51,172 nt of DNA from Candidatus Omnitrophota bacterium (lineage in GTDB: Bacteria > Omnitrophota > Gorgyraeia > Gorgyraeales > Gorgyraeaceae), in NCBI GenBank assembly GCA_018902915.1, contig JAHIPS010000082.1:1-51172 (forward strand), read 5' to 3'. Positions 45,030 to 51,172 of this stretch are shown piece by piece. The position numbers were made by a program, and so were the translations under genes. Below the pieces are notes generated by a model that saw nothing but the letters and a program-made list of their open reading frames with translations, was not told the origin of the DNA and did no database searches. Every line of letters starts with the position of its first letter. Position 1 is the stretch's first letter.

Positions 45030-46061
45030 ATGAAGATCAGGGAAAAATTTCTCACAACTGGAATAGGTAGCCTGCCGTATCTTGACGCAGGAAAGAGCGT
45101 TAAACAGGTCTGCGCCAATTTTGACATACCTTTCTGGCCACAGCTGCCAAAAAGAGGTTTTAAGGAAAATATGTTTGTCCAGTTTGCCCAGGGGCTGCCA
45201 TCGCTTGTTATCGACGAGAAAAATCGAAAGATATACGTTGATAGCGCCAAGGATTTGAGCGGAGAATTAGGGAAGCTATACGAGATATATCTTTCAGGAG
45301 ATTATAGTAGTCTCGCGCCTACAAGGGATTTTGCAGAGGGTTTTTATGCCTTTCTGGATATTACAAAGGGGTCAAGGCCCGGTTATGTGAAAGGCCATGT
45401 CACAGGCCCTGTTAGTTTTGGCTTGAGTGTCGTTGACGAAAAGGGTAAATCCATAATATACAACGATACCCTTAAAGAAGCGCTTGTCAAGCTCCTGGAG
45501 ATGAAGGCCGCGTACCAGATAGATAGATTAAAGGATATCTCCAAAAATGTCATAATCTTTATAGATGAACCATCTCTTACTGGTTTTGGCTCCAGTTTTG
45601 TGAGCATTGAAAGACAGGACGTGATATTGATGTTGAATTCTATAATAGACAAGATCCATTCAAGGGGCGCTTTGAGCGGTATTCACTGTTGCGGAAATAC
45701 AGATTGGTCGCTTCTTACTGAAACAGAAGTCGATATTATAAACTTTGATGCATACTCATATGCTGAAAATCTTTCATTGTATGTCAAGGATATAGCAGAG
45801 TTTTTAAAAAAAGGAAAAAGATTAGCATGGGGTATTGTGCCTACTTCTCAGGCAGTGACGAAAGAAACTGAGAACACACTTTTTGATAAATTAACAGAAG
45901 AAATAGGAGTTTTAGATAAAAAAGGAGTTCCGCGGGATCTACTGATCTCGCATTCATTGCTCACGCCAAGTTGCGGCATGGGTACTCTCTCCAATGAATT
46001 GACGGAAGATATCTTAACCAAGCTTACCAAAGTCGCACAATTAGCAAAAGACGCCTTATAA
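45030..46061 (+). CDS. Single-barrel MetE-like (core) methionine synthase
   Basis: TTGIGSLP, PFWPQLP, KGHVTGPVS, IFIDEP, GIHCCG, AWGIVPTS, LTPSCG (Zn ligands). Confidence 0.8.
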   Translation: MKIREKFLTTGIGSLPYLDAGKSVKQVCANFDIPFWPQLPKRGFKENMFVQFAQGLPSLVIDEKNRKIYVDSAKDLSGELGKLYEIYLSGDYSSLAPTRDFAEGFYAFLDITKGSRPGYVKGHVTGPVSFGLSVVDEKGKSIIYNDTLKEALVKLLEMKAAYQIDRLKDISKNVIIFIDEPSLTGFGSSFVSIERQDVILMLNSIIDKIHSRGALSGIHCCGNTDWSLLTETEVDIINFDAYSYAENLSLYVKDIAEFLKKGKRLAWGIVPTSQAVTKETENTLFDKLTEEIGVLDKKGVPRDLLISHSLLTPSCGMGTLSNELTEDILTKLTKVAQLAKDAL

Positions 46062-46071
46062 ACTGACCAGT

Positions 46072-47157
46072 ATGAATGATATTCTTGCCTTAGGGGCGCA
46101 GTCTAAAAGCAGCTTTTGTTTTGTTAAATCCGGAGGCTTTCATATTTCGGATTACAGCGGAGACCTGGGCGACATACATAATCTCAGGAATTTTGAGAGA
46201 GATATAAAAAAGATGCAAAAGAAACTCAAAGTCACGCCGGGTATTATCGCCTGCGATTTGCACCCTGAATATATTTCAAGTAAGTTAGCAGCAGAGTGGC
46301 TCAAGGTCCGAGGCTCGAGGCTCAAGGCAATCCAGCACCATAAAGCGCATGTGGCAAGTTGTATATTTGACAATGACGTCGAAGGTAAAGTAATAGGTAT
46401 AGCATTTGACGGCACAGGGTATGGCCTGGACGGGAATATCTGGGGAGGCGAGTTTTTTGTAGGCACTCTTAAAGGGCTGAGGAGAGTCGCGTATTTAAAA
46501 TATATTCCTATGCCTGGGGGAGAGACAGCTGTTCGCGAGCCATGGCGCATGGCGCTGAGCTATCTCTATAATATATATGGAAAGAGTTTTAATTTTGCCA
46601 GGATGGATAAGCAGAAGGCCAGACTTCTTACCCAGATGATAGATAAGGGCATAAATTCGCCTTTGACATCAAGCATGGGCAGGCTTTTTGACGCGGTTTC
46701 AGCGCTTACAGGGATTTGTCATGTAGCAAAATACGAAGGACAGGCAGCAATTGAGTTAGAAAGAGCTATCAGCTATCAGCCATCAGCTTTCAGCTTAAAT
46801 AATGGATATAATTTTAGCTATTTTAACGATAAAGGCTTAGTTATAGTAGATTGGGCGCCGGTTATTAAAGGCATAGTTAAGGATTTACAAGCCAAAAAGA
46901 CCAGGACAGAGATTTCAGTAAAGTTTCACAACGCGGTTTGTTATATGATAAGAGACGTGTGCAGGTTATTGAGAAAAAAATATAAAATAGACAAGGTCTG
47001 TATGAGCGGAGGCGTGTTTCAAAATAAGTTTCTTGCGACTCACGCAAAACCTCTTTTGGAAAAAGAAGATTTTAAAGTATATTTACACAAAAACCTGCCA
47101 GCCCACGACGGTAATATTGCATTGGGTCAGGCAATTTTAGCATCTGTCCAAGGCTAA
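46072..47157 (+). CDS. hypF: Carbamoyltransferase HypF, Kae1-like domain only
   Basis: ACDLHPEY, IQHHKAH, AFDGTGYGLDGNIWGGE, TSSMGRLFD, SGGVFQN, DGNIALGQ. Only 361 aa, lacking acylphosphatase, Zn-finger and YrdC domains. Confidence 0.85.
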   Translation: MNDILALGAQSKSSFCFVKSGGFHISDYSGDLGDIHNLRNFERDIKKMQKKLKVTPGIIACDLHPEYISSKLAAEWLKVRGSRLKAIQHHKAHVASCIFDNDVEGKVIGIAFDGTGYGLDGNIWGGEFFVGTLKGLRRVAYLKYIPMPGGETAVREPWRMALSYLYNIYGKSFNFARMDKQKARLLTQMIDKGINSPLTSSMGRLFDAVSALTGICHVAKYEGQAAIELERAISYQPSAFSLNNGYNFSYFNDKGLVIVDWAPVIKGIVKDLQAKKTRTEISVKFHNAVCYMIRDVCRLLRKKYKIDKVCMSGGVFQNKFLATHAKPLLEKEDFKVYLHKNLPAHDGNIALGQAILASVQG

Positions 47158-47197
47158 GCCTTGGACAAAGCTTTGTCCAAGGCTTAGCCTTGGACAG
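47144..47197. repeat. Perfect 54-bp palindrome made of two TGTCCAAGGCTWAGCCTTGGACA hairpins
   Basis: Units at 47145-47167 and 47174-47196; contains the hypF TAA (47155-47157). Confidence 0.92.
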
Positions 47198-47210
47198 GAG
47201 AAGCAGTGAT

Positions 47211-47417
47211 ATGTGCTTAGCAATACCTATGAAGATCGTAAAGATAGAAGGCGACAGGGCAGTGGTGTCTGCCGGCAGGGTCGAGCGCAGGGTAGCTATT
47301 AATTTTTTGAAGAACCCTATGGTGGGGGATTACGTGATGATACACGCTGGCTTTGCCATTGAAAAGCTCGATACTAAAAAAGCAGAAGAAACACTTCGCA
47401 TGCTGGAAGAGATCTGA
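47211..47417 (+). CDS. hypC: Hydrogenase maturation chaperone HypC
   Basis: MCLAIPMKI start, VGDYVMIHAGFAI. Confidence 0.95.
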   Translation: MCLAIPMKIVKIEGDRAVVSAGRVERRVAINFLKNPMVGDYVMIHAGFAIEKLDTKKAEETLRMLEEI

Positions 47418-48532
47418 TGAAATATATCGACGAATTCAGAGACAATAAAATAGCGAAAAATATCTCAAGGGCAATTTTTGAAAAGGCCGGGACATCAGGA
47501 CCTGTAAATATAATGGAGGTGTGCGGCACGCATACAATGTCTATCTGTAATTTTGGTATTCGCGACATGCTGCCTGAGAATATAAATCTTATCTCAGGGC
47601 CTGGATGCCCTGTCTGCGTTACGCCAAAAGCATACATTGACAGGGCAGTGGCGCTTGCCGGGATCCAGGATACTGTCGTGACGACATTTGGGGATATGAT
47701 GAAGGTGCCTGGTTCGCGTTCCAGCCTGACGCAGGAAAGGACAAAGGGCGCATCGGTAAAGGTTGTTTATTCTACGCTGGATGCAGTGGATATTGCTGAA
47801 AAAAACCCGGATAAAAAAGTGATCTTTCTCGGCATAGGCTTTGAGACCACATCGCCCACTGTGGCTGCTAGCCTGGCATACGCAAAAAAGAAAAGGCTAA
47901 AAAACTTTTTTGTATACTCTGGGCACAAGGTAATACTTCCGGCTATGAAGGCGTTGATGGAAGACCGCGACGCAAAGATAGACGCGTTTTTATGTCCCGC
48001 GCATGTAAGCACTATTATAGGTATGACGCCTTATAACATTATTGCCACAAAATACAAGACGCCGTGCGTGATAACAGGATTTGAGCCACTGGATATCCTG
48101 CAGGGCATTTTAATGATCATAGAGCAGATCACATCTAAAAGATCAGAGGTTGAAAATCAGTATAAAAGGATCGCTACAAGGTCCGGAAATAAAAAGGCCC
48201 TTGATCTGCTGGATGATGTTTTTGAGATAGAGGATTCTGAATGGCGCAGCATCGGTATTATCCCTAAAAGCGGCATGAGATTGAAAAGAAAGTATTCAGT
48301 ATTCGATGTTGAGAAAAATTTTGATCTACCTGCGATAAAAACCAGGCCTGATACAGGATGCATGTGCGGGAGCGTGTTGAAAGGCATAAAGACGCCGTTT
48401 GATTGCCCACTCTTTAACAAAAAATGCACGCCTGAACATCCTGTGGGGCCATGCATGGTCTCCAGCGAGGGTACATGCGCTGCGTATTATAGGTACCCCG
48501 TACCACAAGGGTACGGGGCAGGCAGAAGATGA
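47417..48532 (+). CDS. hypD: Hydrogenase maturation protein HypD
   Basis: MEVCGTHT, GPGCPVC, GFETT, CTPEHPVGPCMVSSEGTCAAYY. Confidence 0.97.
   Translation: MKYIDEFRDNKIAKNISRAIFEKAGTSGPVNIMEVCGTHTMSICNFGIRDMLPENINLISGPGCPVCVTPKAYIDRAVALAGIQDTVVTTFGDMMKVPGSRSSLTQERTKGASVKVVYSTLDAVDIAEKNPDKKVIFLGIGFETTSPTVAASLAYAKKKRLKNFFVYSGHKVILPAMKALMEDRDAKIDAFLCPAHVSTIIGMTPYNIIATKYKTPCVITGFEPLDILQGILMIIEQITSKRSEVENQYKRIATRSGNKKALDLLDDVFEIEDSEWRSIGIIPKSGMRLKRKYSVFDVEKNFDLPAIKTRPDTGCMCGSVLKGIKTPFDCPLFNKKCTPEHPVGPCMVSSEGTCAAYYRYPVPQGYGAGRR
48495..48519. repeat. Minimal RCCCCGT...ACGGGGY hairpin in-frame at the hypD 3' end
   Basis: ACCCCGTACC-acaag-GGTACGGGGC. Confidence 0.7.
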
Positions 48533-49518
48533 GAAAAATCACATTAGCCCATGGAAGCGGCGGAAGCCTGATGCATGAATTGATAAAGGATCTGTTCGTG
48601 AAGAACCTGGACAACCCTTATTTAAACAATCTTGGGGATTCAGCTTTGATCAATAAAAACCTGGCATACACTACAGATTCGTTCGTGATCAACCCTATAT
48701 TTTTTCCAGGCGGAGACATAGGAAAGCTGTCTATCTGCGGCACAGTGAATGATCTGTGCGTTTCCGGAGCCAAGCCAAAATATTTGTCATGCGGCATGAT
48801 AGTTGAAGAGGGATTTGATTATAAAGATCTGGAGAAAATAACATTATCAATAAAGAAGACCTGTAAAAAGGCGGGCGTATATGTAGTTGCGGGGGATTTC
48901 AAGGTTGTTGAAAAAGGCGCGGTGGATAAGATTTTTATAAATACATCAGGTATTGGAGAGATGTATCAGAATGCCATGCTTTCGGCCAGCCGCATAAGAC
49001 CAGGCGACAAGATCATCGTAAGCGGCACAATAGGCGACCACGGCGCGTCAGTACTTTTGGCAAGGGAAGAACTGAAATTTAAATCAAGGATCTTTAGCGA
49101 CTGCGAGTGTCTTAATGGCCTGATATCATCGATAATATGCAAGGATATAAGGTTTATGAGGGACCCTACCAGGGGCGGGCTCGCGACTACATTGAACGAG
49201 ATCAACGCGCAGTGCAGTTATGATATGACTATTGACGAAAGAACTATCCCTGTAAAAGAAAAGGTAAGGGCATTGTGCGAGATACTTGGTATGGACCCTT
49301 TATATATGGCAAACGAGGGCAAGGCGCTCTTTATAGTCTCTCCGAAATCAGCGTCAAGGATCTTGTCGCGTATGAAAAGCCATCCTCTCGGCAAAAACAG
49401 CAGGATCATCGGAGAGGTTGAAAAACGCAAAGCCAAAAAAGTTTATTTAAAGACAAAAATAGGCGGCACGCGTATCCTGGACATGCTAAGAGGCGAGCAG
49501 TTGCCCAGGATCTGCTAA
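48529..49518 (+). CDS. hypE: Hydrogenase maturation protein HypE
   Basis: LAHGSGG, TTDSFVINPIFFPGGDIG, RDPTRGG, ANEGK, terminal LPRIC. Confidence 0.97.
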   Translation: MRKITLAHGSGGSLMHELIKDLFVKNLDNPYLNNLGDSALINKNLAYTTDSFVINPIFFPGGDIGKLSICGTVNDLCVSGAKPKYLSCGMIVEEGFDYKDLEKITLSIKKTCKKAGVYVVAGDFKVVEKGAVDKIFINTSGIGEMYQNAMLSASRIRPGDKIIVSGTIGDHGASVLLAREELKFKSRIFSDCECLNGLISSIICKDIRFMRDPTRGGLATTLNEINAQCSYDMTIDERTIPVKEKVRALCEILGMDPLYMANEGKALFIVSPKSASRILSRMKSHPLGKNSRIIGEVEKRKAKKVYLKTKIGGTRILDMLRGEQLPRIC

Positions 49519-49527
49519 AGGTGATTT

Positions 49528-49875
49528 ATGCATGAGATCGGACTGGTAGACGATATAATCAGCGTGATCAGGGCCAGGCTGAAGGCGTCAGGCGAGGATT
49601 CAAAGGTCAAAAAGGTCAATATCCTTATAGGTGAATTAGAGCATGTTACGCCAGATCATTTTGAGTTTCATTTCAGGGAAAGGGCAAAGGGCACGAGTCT
49701 TGAAAATGCAGAGTTAAGTTTTAAAAAAGTCGTTGCAAAGTTTAAATGCAAAGGCTGCAAAAAAGAGTTTTCAGGACGGGAAGGGCTGAATGGATGCCCT
49801 GGCTGTGGAAGCAAGATAAATGATATTATAGCTGGCTCAGGGATTAGCGTAGAGTCAGTGGAGATATATGACTAA
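49528..49875 (+). CDS. hypA: Nickel metallochaperone HypA
   Basis: MHE start, CKGC and CPGCG. Confidence 0.93.
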   Translation: MHEIGLVDDIISVIRARLKASGEDSKVKKVNILIGELEHVTPDHFEFHFRERAKGTSLENAELSFKKVVAKFKCKGCKKEFSGREGLNGCPGCGSKINDIIAGSGISVESVEIYD

Positions 49876-50596
49876 AAAAGATTACAAGGAAAGATTTTAC
49901 AGGGGCTGGGTCAAAGGCAAGGATCTTCTCACGCAGGAGATTGTTGTTGCCGAGACAGATCTTTATATTTCCGCGGAAAAGGATATAAAAGAGATCGCGG
50001 AAAGAATTGTAAAAAAATACAGGAGCGAAATAGAAGGCTATATAAAAAAGCTGCCTGAATTCAGGACCAGTCTCCAACCATTGGATCCAGATTCTGGCGC
50101 GCCTGATATTGTTAAAGACATGATTCGCGCTTCAAAGGCAGCGGGTGTTGGACCAATGGCAAGCGTGGCTGGCGCAATGGCAGAATTTGTTGGAAAAGAA
50201 CTTTTATCAAATTCAAACCAGGTTATAGTCGAAAATGGCGGGGATATATTTATAGCTTCAGACATAGAGCGAACTGTCGCAATATTTGCAGGTGATTCAC
50301 CATTGAGCAAAAAACTTTCTATAAAGGTAAGACCAGGGGATATGCCGCTGGGGATCTGCACGTCTTCTGGCACGATCGGTCATTCTTTGAGCTTTGGAAA
50401 AGCAGATGCGTGTGTTATAATATCTAAGTCTACATCACTGGCAGACGCAGTAGCGACTGCCGCGTGTAATAAGGTAAAGACAAGGGAAGATATAAAACCA
50501 GCACTTGGGTTTGCCACATCTATTAAAGGTATACAGGGCGCATTGATAGTTTTAGGCAAGGATTTCGGCGCCTCAGGCAACATAGAGCTGGCTTAA
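49868..50596 (+). CDS. UPF0280 / ApbE-like protein
   Basis: VGPMASVAGAMA, IVENGGDI, GICTSSGTIGHSLSFGKADA, LADAVATA. Confidence 0.88.
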   Translation: MTKKDYKERFYRGWVKGKDLLTQEIVVAETDLYISAEKDIKEIAERIVKKYRSEIEGYIKKLPEFRTSLQPLDPDSGAPDIVKDMIRASKAAGVGPMASVAGAMAEFVGKELLSNSNQVIVENGGDIFIASDIERTVAIFAGDSPLSKKLSIKVRPGDMPLGICTSSGTIGHSLSFGKADACVIISKSTSLADAVATAACNKVKTREDIKPALGFATSIKGIQGALIVLGKDFGASGNIELA

Positions 50597-50609
50597 GGTG
50601 GAGGAAGAC

Positions 50610-51017
50610 ATGGTTTCAAAGAAGATTGTTTTGAAGTTTCCGCATAGATTGGTGGATCAGCCTGTGATATGCAGGATGGTCAAGGACTATGGTCTGGAGT
50701 TTAATATATTGAAGGCATATGTTACGCCAAGAGAAGAGGGGCTTCTTGTGCTCGAGCTCAGCGGCGATGACAAGAATTTTGACAAGGCAATAGCGTATGC
50801 GAAAAAGCTTGGCGTGAGCGTGCAGCCGCTTTCAAAGGATATAAAGCGAAACGAGAAAAAGTGCACGCACTGCGGGGCATGCGTTCCAATATGCCCGACA
50901 GAGGCGCTTGTAGTGGATCCAAAAACGCGCAGGGTGGATTTTTATAGCGAGAAATGCATTGCGTGCGAGCTCTGTATAAATGCCTGCCCGCCAAGGGCAA
51001 TGGAGCTGCATTTCTGA
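50610..51017 (+). CDS. NIL domain + 2[4Fe-4S] ferredoxin
   Basis: NIL-type N-terminus (FNILKA), CTHCGACVPICP and CIACELCINACP; RBS GGAGG before ATG 50610. Confidence 0.9.
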   Translation: MVSKKIVLKFPHRLVDQPVICRMVKDYGLEFNILKAYVTPREEGLLVLELSGDDKNFDKAIAYAKKLGVSVQPLSKDIKRNEKKCTHCGACVPICPTEALVVDPKTRRVDFYSEKCIACELCINACPPRAMELHF

Positions 51018-51172
51018 TAGTTGAAAAAAATTCCTTGATAGCATAGGAAATTATACCACCCCATTTGAGCACAGATTATGCTATAATTGAGACAATCCCA
51101 TGTTAAATAATCGCCCCATTTATCACAAAAACAGGCTCATCCAGATATTCAGTGACCATTGGGAGCAGTTCA

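Noticed and set aside
781-51072. Numerous minus-strand ORFs of 60-240 aa
   Set aside because: Nearly all are antisense shadows of well-supported + strand genes, and none shows recognisable motifs.
1-51172. tRNA, rRNA, integrase or transposase genes
   Set aside because: None recognised by eye; tRNAscan-SE and Rfam were not run.

Overview
All credible genes in this 51 kb bacterial window lie on the + strand. The gene style resembles Candidatus Omnitrophota/PVC, but that is an impression, not a taxonomic result. Order: a truncated hypothetical gene; a UvrD-type helicase/PD-(D/E)XK nuclease fusion; a peptidoglycan-binding lipoprotein; htpX; a moxR-DUF58-batABCDE operon; NrdR-boxed class II ribonucleotide reductase nrdJ carrying a 458-aa LAGLIDADG intein; dcd; a ~6.7 kb frameshift-split multidomain exported protein behind a long structured leader; a nucleotidyltransferase/small-protein pair; gpmA; a CmpX-like membrane protein; an atypical T2SS/type IV pilus locus (giant GspK-like protein, Ig/FN3 protein, MerR-type HTH, PilM-PilN fusion, PilO/PilP-like, two tandem secretins, LacI); a BirA-boxed bioB-bioU-bioF-bioD operon; a core MetE-like enzyme; hypF(truncated)-C-D-E-A; UPF0280 and NIL-ferredoxin. 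The most striking non-genic signal is a set of small palindromic element families, with no transposase in the window. One family shares RCCCCGT...ACGGGGY ends. Members sit nested in each other, in-frame inside genes, or at gene junctions where they supply stop codons, RBSs and start codons. All calls come from motif reading by eye; no database search was run.
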